Positions 1-9,618 of a stretch of 64,000 bases of DNA are shown piece after piece (position 1 is the first letter of the stretch; each line of letters opens with the position of its first letter). Position numbers and translations under genes: made by a program. The notes beneath the pieces were generated by a model, which was given only the letters and a program-made list of their open reading frames with translations, was not told the DNA's origin and searched no databases. The DNA comes from an uncultured Thermoleophilia bacterium (lineage in GTDB: Bacteria > Actinomycetota > Thermoleophilia > Gaiellales > Gaiellaceae): assembly GCA_963797645.1 (NCBI GenBank), contig CAWCQC010000016.1:14172-78171 (forward strand). The letters are read 5' to 3'.

Positions 1-175
1 AGTAATGAGAGGATTCGCCCGGGCGCGCGCGAATGTCCAGGGTTCCGAGAGCGCTGTCGAAAGAGAGAGATAGCAGGGTCGTAGGGGACAGTAGTACGGG
101 GAGAGGGCTGAGCTGGGTGGCACCGAACCAACCCCCCTCAAAAAGAACTCGACCGATCTCGCCCTCTCTCAGGCG

Positions 176-490
176 CTACTCATCCGCGGGCACCCAGCTC
201 ACGTCTTCGAGTTCGGCTTGCCGCTCGAAGTCGCCCCACGGATCGTTGGTGAGAACGCGGTACGTCTCAGCCACGCTCTCGTCAGCCGGGTAGAAGCGCA
301 CGGTCACGAAGTCGTCGTCCCTGCCGAGCTCAGCGCGTCCTTTCCCTTCGTACACCCTAATCTCCGACAGCTCCATCGACTGCTCCTGACGTCGTTGCGC
401 ATCGCTGCCGGGAGGGCCGAACCTGCCTGCGGCAGAAGGCTCGGCCCACAGCGGTCCGGCAGCTTCCGCCGTTGGGGTCACGGCGGACAT
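176..490 (-). CDS. small hypothetical protein (104-aa ORF; internal Met at 376 would give 66 aa)
   Basis: Only ORF here with a protein-like translation (MELSEIRVYEGKGRAELGRDDDFVTVRFYPADESVAETYRVLTNDPWGDFERQAELEDVSWVPADE). The first 38 codons are Ala/Pro/Gly-rich and may not be coding. No family recognised. Confidence 0.45.
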   Translation of the reverse strand: MSAVTPTAEAAGPLWAEPSAAGRFGPPGSDAQRRQEQSMELSEIRVYEGKGRAELGRDDDFVTVRFYPADESVAETYRVLTNDPWGDFERQAELEDVSWVPADE

Positions 491-1398
491 CCTTTGTCCG
501 CAGGAGAACTAGCTTAGATCCGCAGAAGTACAAGCTTAGCGCTGTTTTTGTGCTCGTGCGTTCGGTTCTCAACGAGCGCTTCGCGTGCGTGTCGAGGGCC
601 GCGCCGAGAGGTTTCGCGCCAGGGGTTTAAACGATACCAAGGTCCAGGCGTTTTCGTACGGTTAGCCTCGCTTCGCTCGCGTCGCTATCACAGCCCGAGC
701 CGTCGCGTCTTCGACACGACCGGCCGCTTGCGCGGCCTCGTCTCGGTCTGTGATTTGGTGCTCGTTATCGCGGCTGGGCCGCGGCGCCCGGAAGGTCAAG
801 AGCAGCGGTGAGGGGTCGATCGTGGTGGCTCAGGTACGCAGGCGAGCCGACACGTCTGGTTTGCCGCCACGGCGACCGGGGAACGCTGAAAGTGATGAGA
901 CGGCAATCAGTCATTTGGGCTCTGTGGAGGCGGCAACTGCTAGCCCCCCACAGATCGGTCCGGCCGCTGCACGTCGAGCGCAAACTGGTCCGTCCCGCGC
1001 TGAAGTACAGGCAGGCTGCTGAGCGGGCCGTCGCGGCCGGCGCTTCTCGAGCCGGAGGCGATCGCCGCAGGCCTTCGCGCGGCGCGTCTCTCGTCGGCGT
1101 GACGCTGCCGCTAGCGGTCGATGCGCTTAGCCGAAGCTAGCGCTTGTCGAGTCGGTGGACCTCGAACACCTCTGGCTGACCGGTGTCGATCCCGCAAGGT
1201 GTGACAGGCACTTGCCGCCCCTCGTTGATTCGGGCCAATGCAGCCCAGGCAGACCGTCTCGCGCACGGGCTCCCATATCGTCGCCGTGGCGCGCGAGTGC
1301 GGACCGCTCGATGACGATGGGCAGCCGACCTTGTGTCATGCATCTCGAAGTGAGACGATCCACGTGCCTTAACCGTGCGGCAGGAAAGGAGCGTGAAG

Positions 1399-1809
1399 AT
1401 GTCTCCGAGACGGCGTGCGTTCGTTGGGTTGTTGGTCGCGGTCGCGCTTGTTGTCCTTGGAGCAGGCCAGGCGCAAGCAGGGACGATGCGGTTTCAAGCG
1501 GCGTTCTCTTACGAAGGCTGTGATCCTTCGTTGTGTGGAACTGGTGTTGTCGCGCAGTTCGGCAGCGCCTCGGTCGTCGTTACCACCAACTCGTTCATAC
1601 CCATACCGGACAGCCTTTGCGCTGCCATCGATAGCGATGCGATTATCACGGTGGCCGACGGCACGCTCACGGAACACCATTCCGGACTGGTCTGTGCATC
1701 CTCTCCGTCTTCCCGTGTTCTTCAGACGAACGAGGCATTCACCGTGACGGGCGGCGATGGCGTGTTCGCGGAACTGCAACCGGCGGCGGAACAGTCCACT
1801 GCCGGATAA
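1399..1809 (+). CDS. secreted hypothetical protein
   Basis: ATG at 1399 follows GGAAAGGAG (1384-1392). The N-terminus MSPRRRAFVGLLVAVALVVLGAGQAQA looks like a signal peptide. The mature part is Cys-containing and beta-rich. Confidence 0.7.
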   Translation: MSPRRRAFVGLLVAVALVVLGAGQAQAGTMRFQAAFSYEGCDPSLCGTGVVAQFGSASVVVTTNSFIPIPDSLCAAIDSDAIITVADGTLTEHHSGLVCASSPSSRVLQTNEAFTVTGGDGVFAELQPAAEQSTAG

Positions 1810-1972
1810 CTCCGCACCCAATCACCTGCAACTACTCCGGAACCATCACCCTGCCGTAACGCAGGCGGGTCGCGGCTGGCGGAATCCGGACGGAGGCCGA
1901 GTGCTTCGCGGTCGACGATGTGCCCGAGCTCGACGACGAGACGCTCACGGAGCAGATCCTCACCTTCATCGC

Positions 1973-2076
<104 letters not shown>

Positions 2077-2268
2077 GCGAGTGCGCCCAGGGCCACCCCG
2101 CCCATCTCTATCTAGCCAACGACCCGACCATCGCCCCAGCTCGCCCCGACCCGAGCGGAGATGGGGCGAAGCTTGCGTTCGACCCAACCACGGAAAAGGA
2201 GCACACCTATGACCAGCTACACCCCTCCGCGATGGGCTCACCCAAGGGATCGGTTGAATAGGCGCGCC

Positions 2269-2929
2269 TCACCACGTGTCCCAGTGAAGCTTGCCTGCAA
2301 GAGGCTCTCTCTTCGCCGGCTTGAAATCGGTGCCCCTCGACCATCCCAGACAGATTCCCGCGACCTGCTGCGTCTGTGTGTAGTCGATGCCGAGCAGCTC
2401 GGCGATCTCGCGCTCGAACATCAAGTGAAGGGTTGTCCAACAGGTCGCAAGGCCGCGCGCCCTGGCCGCGAGCTGGAAGCTCCACGCGGCCGGCATGACG
2501 CCGCCGTAGAGGGAGCACTGCGCCTCCGAGTCCTCCTCCTCGTCGGCGCGAGGGTGGATGCACGGGATCATGAAGATCGGTACCCGGTGGAAATGATCCA
2601 CCAGGTACTGGGCGGACACCGTTATCCTGGCCTGTTCCGCCGCACGCTCCGACCCCTCGACGGGAAGGTTCGAGACGGCGTCCGGCTGCGTGAGATAGAC
2701 ATCCCACGACTTGACGGTAATAGCCGCCGATCGCCGCTTTCTTCGCGGCGTCCTCGACCACCATGAAATCCCAGTATTGGCCGTTCCCCGCTGTCGGCGC
2801 CTGGATCGCGCACTGAAGGCACTCCTCGACAAGGTACCGGGGAACCGGCCTTGTGAGGTCAAGGCGTCGGCGGACAGCGCGTGTGGTGGTGAGCAACTCG
2901 TCAGTCGTAAGAGGCACGGTGATTGGCAT
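2269..2929 (-). pseudogene. nitroreductase-family protein, one apparent frameshift near 2712-2718
   Basis: N-terminal part (MPITVPLTTDELLTTTRAVRRRLDLTRPVPRYLVEECLQCAIQAPTAGNGQYWDFMVVEDAAKKAAIGGYY) is in the frame ending at 2929. C-terminal part (VKSWDVYLTQ...GGVMPAAWSFQLAARARGLATCWTTLHLMF...KLHWDTW) is in the frame of ORF 2269..2862. GGAGGAGGG lies upstream of the ATG. Confidence 0.8.
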
Positions 2930-3279
2930 TACTCAACCCTCCTCCTTCCGTAGCGAGACGCGGCGCCGGTCCAGCATCGACGAGTTGGCTGGCAGGCTAA
3001 AAGAGCCCGGGAGCTTTCCAACCTCTCCGACCACCATCGACACCATCCGGCGCGTCCTCGGCAGAACACTCAAACACCGAAAAAACACGAATCACCGTCA
3101 CGACAGGAGCCAAAAACGGACGACGAGCTCTGAGCCGAGAGGGCGGGCTGGACATGGGCAGCGACTCCTCGCTAGCGCCCGCCTTCTCGGCTGAGAGCGC
3201 TCACTACGCGACAGCGAACGTCCGGGCTAGGGGAGGCTGCGGGTTCGCCCCGAGACGCGGGGGTTTCACAGCCGTACCG

Positions 3280-3597
3280 CTAGTAGATGGTGGGCAGCTC
3301 GTGGACGCGAGTCAGAGCTTCCTCCAGGGTCGATACCTGAAGGATTTCGACTGTGTTCCACTGGCTGAGCCTGCCCTGAAATGCCAATTCTCTCACCGCG
3401 TTCGCGTCGTCGGCCTCGACAGCCACGAAGACCTGGTGATTCGTCATCGGCACGTAGGTAGCCAGGAGCTTGACGCCCAGCTTCTCAGCGAGGACTGGCA
3501 TCTCCTTGCCGCCCTCGCCCGCGAGCGTGCGAATGCTTTCATTCGCTGAGGGACATAGGTCGGGCGGGTGCTGACCAACGATGAGGTACTGGGGCAT
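3280..3597 (-). CDS. small hypothetical protein (105 aa)
   Basis: ATG at 3597 is preceded by GGAAGGAGG about 8 nt upstream. Translation MPQYLIVGQHPPDLCPSANESIRTLAGEGGKEMPVLAEKLGVKLLATYVPMTNHQVFVAVEADDANAVRELAF... is protein-like. Family not recognised with certainty. Confidence 0.7.
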   Translation of the reverse strand: MPQYLIVGQHPPDLCPSANESIRTLAGEGGKEMPVLAEKLGVKLLATYVPMTNHQVFVAVEADDANAVRELAFQGRLSQWNTVEILQVSTLEEALTRVHELPTIY

Positions 3598-3833
3598 GGG
3601 CACGCCTCCTTCCGGCTTGGGGTTCGACTCTACCTCGGCTCGGTCGTCCATGCGCTCGACTCCTCCAACTGCGCCACCCGCGTCGCGGTGTCAGCATACG
3701 CTTACACAGGTACACGCGCGAGGAGAAGGGCAGACGCTTCACTAGCCTTGGCTCTCCAACGATCTCCTGAACGACCCGCACATGTCGTCCACAGTGGGCC
3801 CCATTGGCCGGAGTCGGGATGTAGGTTGCGGCG

Positions 3834-4628
3834 ATGAAGGTCGTACGGGCGAACGGGCTCGAGATCGCCTATGAGCGTGCCGGCGAGGGCCCGCCACTGG
3901 TGTTCGTACACGGTGCCGCCGTGGACGGTCGGATGTGGCAGCCGCAGCTGGCCGCCTTGGCGGACGAGTTCACGGTGGTCGCCTGGGATGAGCCGGGGGC
4001 GGGCCGCTCCTCCGACGTGCCCGCGGATTTCGGCCTCCCGGACTACGCGAACTGCCTTGCGGCGCTGATCGAAGCGGTTTCGCTTGGCCCGGCGCACGTC
4101 GCCGGGCTCTCCTGGGGTGGCACCGTCGTACTGGAGCTCTACCGCCACCATCCCGGGCTCGTCGCGACGCTGATTCTCATCGACACCTACGCGGGCTGGA
4201 AAGGGTCGCTGCCCGAGGAGGAAGTGCGTGCCCGGGTCGAGGGCGTGCGTCAGATGCTGGCGGCGCCCGCCGAGGAGTTCGATCCCACCCTTCCGGGCTT
4301 GTTCGCCGGCGACCCGCCGGCCAGGTTCGTCCCGCTCCTCGAGGACATGGCCGCCGACGTCCGCCCAGAGAGTCTCCGCGTCCAGCTGTTCGTGATGGCC
4401 GACGCAGACCAGCGCGACCTGCTGCCTCGTATCACCGTGCCGACGCTGCTGATCTGGGGCGAGCAGGACGTGCGTTCATCGCTCAGCGTCGCGCGCCAGT
4501 TCGATCGGGCGATCCCCGACACGAAGCTGGTCGTGATTCCCCAGTGCGGTCATGTCAGCAACCTCGAGCAGCCTGAGCGGGTCAACGAGGCCGTGAGAGA
4601 GTTCTGCCGCGCCAACTCGCCTCCTTAG
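3834..4628 (+). CDS. alpha/beta-fold hydrolase
   Basis: PLVFVHG oxyanion region, nucleophile elbow GLSWGG, C-terminal CGHVSNLEQPE. Intact 264-aa ORF. Confidence 0.9.
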   Translation: MKVVRANGLEIAYERAGEGPPLVFVHGAAVDGRMWQPQLAALADEFTVVAWDEPGAGRSSDVPADFGLPDYANCLAALIEAVSLGPAHVAGLSWGGTVVLELYRHHPGLVATLILIDTYAGWKGSLPEEEVRARVEGVRQMLAAPAEEFDPTLPGLFAGDPPARFVPLLEDMAADVRPESLRVQLFVMADADQRDLLPRITVPTLLIWGEQDVRSSLSVARQFDRAIPDTKLVVIPQCGHVSNLEQPERVNEAVREFCRANSPP

Positions 4629-4718
4629 ATCCCACTTCGTGACACCTTGCTTGAATCTTGTGGACGCGCAGCCTCGGCATGGCACCGACGGCTTCGACAC
4701 TGAGAGCGGAGCGAGGGA

Positions 4719-5657
4719 GTGGCGGGGGCGAATAGTGTTGCAGCCACTGCCTTTGCGATGTCTTCGTACGTCGGATACGGCCCGGGATACGGCGAGCTAA
4801 TCAGGCCCGGCGGGCGTCGACTTGCCTACACGGAGTACGGCCACCCCGCAGGGTCGCCCTGCTTCTACTTCCATTTCACTCCCGGCTCGCGGCTCGAGCC
4901 GGCCGCCGTATTCCATGGCCGCGAAGGATTGCTCCGAGGAGTCAGGCTGGTCGCCCTCGACCGGCCCGGTTACGGCCGCTCGAGCTTGCAGCGCGGTCGC
5001 TGCTTCCTCGACTGGCCCGACGACGTCGCGGCCGTTGCCGATCACCTCGGCATCGATCGGTTCGCCGTCCTCGGGCTCTCAGGAGGCGGTGGCTACGTCC
5101 TCGCGTGCGCGTACAAGCTTCCTGAGCGTTTGACCGCCGCACTGATCCTGAGCGGAATGGGGCCGGTGGGCCGGCCTGAGGCACGCCAGGGTATGGCCGC
5201 CGTAAACCGGCTCATGTATGGACTCAGCGGACGTGCGTCCTGGCTGGTGCGCGCGGTCTCGTGGGCGATGTTCAAGACGATGGCGCGCAGCCTGCGGCGA
5301 CCCGCGAAGGAGGAAGAGCCTCCCGGCCCGCTCGACCTCTTCGGAGACCCGGCCGCGCGGCCGGCCCTGCTCACCGACATCGACGAGGCAGTCCTAGGAC
5401 CCGGCACGCGAGGTCTCGTCGAGGAGCTGGCGCTCTACTCCCGGCCGTGGGGATTTTCCCTGGAAGACATCGATCTCGACGTCCATCTCTGGCACGGAGA
5501 GGACGACCACAACGTGCCTGCAGCGTTGGCCAGATACGTCGCCGAGGCGCTGCCCCGATCTCACGCGACGTTCGTGGAGGGAGGCCACACCGCGCCCTTC
5601 GAACACCTAGACGAGGCCATTCGCCTAGTCCACAGTGTCCAGGAGCGCCGACACTGA
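4719..5657 (+). CDS. alpha/beta-fold hydrolase
   Basis: Nucleophile elbow GLSGGGGY and C-terminal EGGHTAPFEH. Intact 312-aa ORF; the exact start is uncertain. Confidence 0.85.
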   Translation: MAGANSVAATAFAMSSYVGYGPGYGELIRPGGRRLAYTEYGHPAGSPCFYFHFTPGSRLEPAAVFHGREGLLRGVRLVALDRPGYGRSSLQRGRCFLDWPDDVAAVADHLGIDRFAVLGLSGGGGYVLACAYKLPERLTAALILSGMGPVGRPEARQGMAAVNRLMYGLSGRASWLVRAVSWAMFKTMARSLRRPAKEEEPPGPLDLFGDPAARPALLTDIDEAVLGPGTRGLVEELALYSRPWGFSLEDIDLDVHLWHGEDDHNVPAALARYVAEALPRSHATFVEGGHTAPFEHLDEAIRLVHSVQERRH

Positions 5658-5751
5658 GCGAGCCCCCACCACCGCTATCCGTTCTCCGACACCTTGCCGA
5701 CGGTCGTGCGTTAGTCCAACATCCTGAGTGAATCGATCGGAGGTGATGTGC

Positions 5752-6060
5752 ATGATCGTCTCGCTCGTTCGCTTCAAGTCGAAACTCTCCGATGACGCCG
5801 TACAGGCGACGTTCGAGGAACGGGCCGATCGCTACCGCAACGTGCCGGGCCTCGTGGAGAAAATCTATCTCCGCTTCCGCGAGAGCGGAGAGTTCGGCGC
5901 GGTCTACGTCTGGGAATCGGAGAAGGCGCTGATGGACTTCCGGCAGACGGAGCTTGCCAGGACAATCCCGGATGTCTACAAGGTCGAAGAGGCACCGCTG
6001 GCCGAACTCGCGGATGTCTGCCTCGTGATCCAGCCGGAGAATGCACGCGTGTCGGCGTAG
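5752..6060 (+). CDS. small ABM/YdhR-like (dimeric alpha-beta barrel) protein
   Basis: GGAGGTGATGTGC precedes ATG 5752. MIVSLVRFKSKLSDDAVQATFEERADRYRNVPGLVEKIYLRF..GEFGAVYVWESEKALMDF resembles the YdhR/antibiotic-biosynthesis-monooxygenase fold. Confidence 0.6.
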   Translation: MIVSLVRFKSKLSDDAVQATFEERADRYRNVPGLVEKIYLRFRESGEFGAVYVWESEKALMDFRQTELARTIPDVYKVEEAPLAELADVCLVIQPENARVSA

Positions 6061-6313
6061 AACCGCCGGTCGCGTTCTGCCCCTTCTCACCTCGCTAAGC
6101 CGACGCGCCAACTCCCCGGCCTAGCCCACGTTGGGCCTACCCGATCAGCGCAATGATCCAACGACACAGCGCCGTCAGGGGGGAGCCGATCAGGTCAGCG
6201 GCGGGTCGTCGCCCACTAGTAACCCAAAGTCGCGAAACACCCGTGTGGAGCCAGGCGGCCTAGCGGGGAACGAGTGCGCCAAAAACCCGCATGGCTGTAA
6301 GGAGACGGGCCGT

Positions 6314-7153
6314 TCAGCTCGCAACTGCTGTGAGAGCGACGCCAGGAAGCTCGTAGCCTCCGTCTGCCATGAACGGGGCGAATGCCTCTTCGAGTTGCGC
6401 CTTGATCACCTCGCGCTCGCCCTCAGGCAACCCGCGGATCACCAGGGCGAATGGGCCGGCCGTGTCGGTTGCCCAGCTCACATATTCGTCCACGTCCGGG
6501 AATTTGAAGCGCACCGGCACCTCCTCCGTGTGCACGGCGGTGAAGCCCGCGCTCTCGAGCAGGGCCCGCGTGCGCTCCTCGCTGGCCATACTGAAGGGCC
6601 CCGGGTGCCCGGGTTCCGGTGGCGGCATGTGGCCACGCTGGATGAGCATCTGAGCGCCGATTGCGGCCCACGGGTTGCGTTCGGGAGGTCCCCACACCGC
6701 CAACGTCAAGCGCCTGCCGGGGCGCAGCACACGGCGCGTCTCGGAGAGTGCTGCGGCTGGGTCTGCCATCAGCATGAATCCGAAGCGGCAGAGGACGCCA
6801 TCGACCGAGTCGGCTTCGAGCTCGATCCGCTCAGCGTCCATCACCCGATGTTCCACATTCCGAAGCTCGAGTTCGGCGCTGCGGCGGCGGGCGACCTCAA
6901 CCATGTCCGGGGCGAAGTCGGTCGAGATCAGTCGGCCACGCTCGCCGACGATCGCGGCCGCTGCGAATCCGGTGTCGCCCGGGCCGGCCGAGAGCTCGAG
7001 CACCGCGTTGCCGGGTAGCAAGGCGAGCTTCTTGACCATCCACTCGCGCACCGGGGCCAGCGACGTCTCCAGCATCGCCCGCCACCGCTCCCATCCCGGT
7101 GCCATCGCCTTCCAGACCTCGTAACTGGTGCGCCGGTAATCCTCAGTATCCAT
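6314..7153 (-). CDS. class I SAM-dependent methyltransferase
   Basis: Motif I LELSAGPGDTG and post-I ISTDFAPDMV, then VLRPGRRLTLAVW. Met at 7153 (MDTEDYRRTSYEVW) is chosen because the 40 upstream codons look non-coding. Confidence 0.85.
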   Translation of the reverse strand: MDTEDYRRTSYEVWKAMAPGWERWRAMLETSLAPVREWMVKKLALLPGNAVLELSAGPGDTGFAAAAIVGERGRLISTDFAPDMVEVARRRSAELELRNVEHRVMDAERIELEADSVDGVLCRFGFMLMADPAAALSETRRVLRPGRRLTLAVWGPPERNPWAAIGAQMLIQRGHMPPPEPGHPGPFSMASEERTRALLESAGFTAVHTEEVPVRFKFPDVDEYVSWATDTAGPFALVIRGLPEGEREVIKAQLEEAFAPFMADGGYELPGVALTAVAS

Positions 7154-7404
7154 CCGACCATTATGCGCCGTTGATCTCCCCCCTCGGATGGGCTGTGGGC
7201 CCGCGTGCTGCGGCGTTGCGGATGATCCGACACTCGCGGGACCTAGCGTCTGCGGCCCATCAGTGGGCCACATGCCTCATATGGGGGGGCGCGGACCGCG
7301 GGCTCCTTGACCTCGACACATCGTCAGGTCAGACTCGGGACTCGCCTGCGCGGAGGGTCGTGCCGCTCGACTCCATCCCACTTTCGTTGCCGTCACTGCC
7401 GGGC

Positions 7405-9618
7405 ATGGTGGCGGGCCCAGTGCTCCGTCGCCTGACTCGAGACGCGGTCAGCGTCTGGGCGGCGTGCGTCGCCCCGGAGGCGATCACGCTCACCGTTCGT
7501 CGTCACGGCGGGGGCGGGCCCCCGCCGACCACGGTGACGGCGCAACCGACCCGGGTCGGAGCGAACCTCTGGATGACCGTGCTCACAGCCGGCGCTCCCG
7601 GTGGAACGTTCGTGGCCGGCGATGTCTACGAGTACGACCTGACCGCTCAATGGGAGGCGACGCGCGGCGCCATCCCGTGGAACGAGCTCTCGCTACCGGC
7701 GGCGACGCGTCCGACGTTCCTCGCCCCGCCGGCCACGGCCGCCGAGCTCGTAGTGCTCCACACGTCGTGCCGCAAGCCCCACGGCGGCGGCCGCGACGGG
7801 ATGGCGCTCGCGATGACGGAGCTGTCGGCGCGGTTCGACGCCGCGCCTCCGCCGCAGCCGCACCTGTTGGTGCTGTCGGGCGACCAGATCTACGCGGACG
7901 AGGTCGGGCACCCGTTGATGCCCCGCGTGCTGCGCGTCGCGCGCGATCTCGTCGGCATCGACGAGACGAATGTGTTTGGACCGCCGCCGCCGATCGGCGG
8001 GCGAGGACCGGGCACCAGGGCGCTCGGTTACACGGGCGCGACGGCCAACCACCTCTGGACCTACGGCGAGTTCCTGGCGATGTACCTGCTGGCCTGGTCG
8101 CCGGTGCTGTGGCCCGCAACGCTGCCGGACTTCCCCACGAACCCCGTGATCCCACCAGACGTGGATCCCGACGTCAGCAAGGAATCGTGGGACGACGAAC
8201 TGGGAAACGTCGAGCTGTTTCGCGCCGTGCTGCCCGAGGTGCGCCGCGTACTGGCGAACGTCCCGTCGCTGATGATCTTCGACGACCACGAGATCACGGA
8301 CGACTGGAACCTCGATCACTCCTGGGTCAACAGCGTCTACGACAAGGCGGGCGGACGGCGAGCGGTCACGAACGGCGTGCTCGCCTACGCGCTGTGCCAG
8401 CACTGGGGAAACAAGCCGGCCGCGTTCACGACGCCCGGGGCACCGGAGCAGAGGCTGCTCGAGAGGGTGTCGGCGTCCGTGTCCACGGTTCCGCCGACGA
8501 GCCCGGCGGAGGCCTGTCGCCCGCTTCTCGGCATCCCCGCCGGTCCGCTGCCCGCGGCGCCGCCCGCGCAGGCACTCCGCGACCTGACCGCCGCCGGAGC
8601 GATCCGGTACGACCTCATGATCGGACCGGACGAGGGCTGGCCGGTCCGCATCGTCCTGCTGGACGAGCGGACCATTCGCGAGTACCCGCGCGCCGACAGC
8701 CGCGGCGCGCGTATCTCCCGCGCCGCCCTCGCTGTGCAGCTTCCGCCGCCGCCGAGCTCCGTGCCGTTCACGATCGTCGTCGCGTCGGCGCCGATCGTCG
8801 GCAGCGAGCTCGTCGAGGACGTGATCCAGCCGTTGTTCGACGTGCTAGGCGAGGCGCGCTTCGCCGACTTCGAGTCGTGGTCCGCCGTCCGCGCCAATCA
8901 TCAGGACCTTCTTGCCCGCCTCGCCGCGCACCATCCCGTCGTCGTCCTCTCGGGCGACGTCCACTACGGATTCACCACGCGGCTCACCCGCACCGAGGCC
9001 GGCGTAACGACGCGGGTCGCTCAGCTGACGGCATCCGCCGCGAAGAACATCGAGATCAAGAACGCAGCGATCAGCCTGTTCAGCGAACTGGCCATGCGCC
9101 TCGCTCTGGAACGTGTACGGGAGACGTCCGGCTTCGCGTCGCTGTCGAACGCCGACAGGACGAAGCTGCTGGACGCGCCGCCGGCAGGCACGCGGCTCGC
9201 ATGGGACGACACCGTCGATGTGCTGCTCGGTCGAATCGCGCGGGAGGGAGCGTCGACGCCGACTGCGATGCCGACTCCGGTCGCCGAGGCCTACGGCCTG
9301 CCGGCCCCCGGGTGGACGTACGTGACCGAGCCCGTCGACGATCCGATGAAGACGTTCGCCGCGCCGGCCGTCGATCCGCCCTGGCCCGGGTGGGATCCAG
9401 CCAAGTCGCTGCGCATGACGGCAGCCCTGCAGGAGGCCGACCTCGAGCGCTTCGCGCGCGTGTTCGTCGGGTTGCCGCAGCTGGCCGTGGTGACCTTCAC
9501 GATCGCCGGCGCGTCGGTGACCGTGCACCACGAGCTCCGCTGTCCGGTCGGCAGCATCGAGCCGGGCCCTCCGGCGACCGACCGCCACGTCGTCAGGACC
9601 GAGGTGACGCTGACGTGA
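7405..9618 (+). CDS. G1: PhoD-like / calcineurin-like metallophosphatase, first gene of the giant operon
   Basis: LHTSCRKPHGGG, LLVLSGDQIYADEVGH, MIFDDHEITDDWNLDHSW and VVVLSGDVHYGF match the metallophosphoesterase motif set of PhoD-type phosphatases. The start is uncertain (ATG 7405; GTG 7360 is possible). The stop overlaps the G2 start. Confidence 0.75.
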   Translation: MVAGPVLRRLTRDAVSVWAACVAPEAITLTVRRHGGGGPPPTTVTAQPTRVGANLWMTVLTAGAPGGTFVAGDVYEYDLTAQWEATRGAIPWNELSLPAATRPTFLAPPATAAELVVLHTSCRKPHGGGRDGMALAMTELSARFDAAPPPQPHLLVLSGDQIYADEVGHPLMPRVLRVARDLVGIDETNVFGPPPPIGGRGPGTRALGYTGATANHLWTYGEFLAMYLLAWSPVLWPATLPDFPTNPVIPPDVDPDVSKESWDDELGNVELFRAVLPEVRRVLANVPSLMIFDDHEITDDWNLDHSWVNSVYDKAGGRRAVTNGVLAYALCQHWGNKPAAFTTPGAPEQRLLERVSASVSTVPPTSPAEACRPLLGIPAGPLPAAPPAQALRDLTAAGAIRYDLMIGPDEGWPVRIVLLDERTIREYPRADSRGARISRAALAVQLPPPPSSVPFTIVVASAPIVGSELVEDVIQPLFDVLGEARFADFESWSAVRANHQDLLARLAAHHPVVVLSGDVHYGFTTRLTRTEAGVTTRVAQLTASAAKNIEIKNAAISLFSELAMRLALERVRETSGFASLSNADRTKLLDAPPAGTRLAWDDTVDVLLGRIAREGASTPTAMPTPVAEAYGLPAPGWTYVTEPVDDPMKTFAAPAVDPPWPGWDPAKSLRMTAALQEADLERFARVFVGLPQLAVVTFTIAGASVTVHHELRCPVGSIEPGPPATDRHVVRTEVTLT

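Noticed and set aside
760-840. Possible SRP/4.5S RNA-like GGAA tetraloop region (GCCCGGAAGGTCAAGAGCAGCGG)
   Set aside because: There is only a loose resemblance to the GGAA...AGCAGC core. The conserved 5' AGGUCAGG side and a matching long helix are absent.
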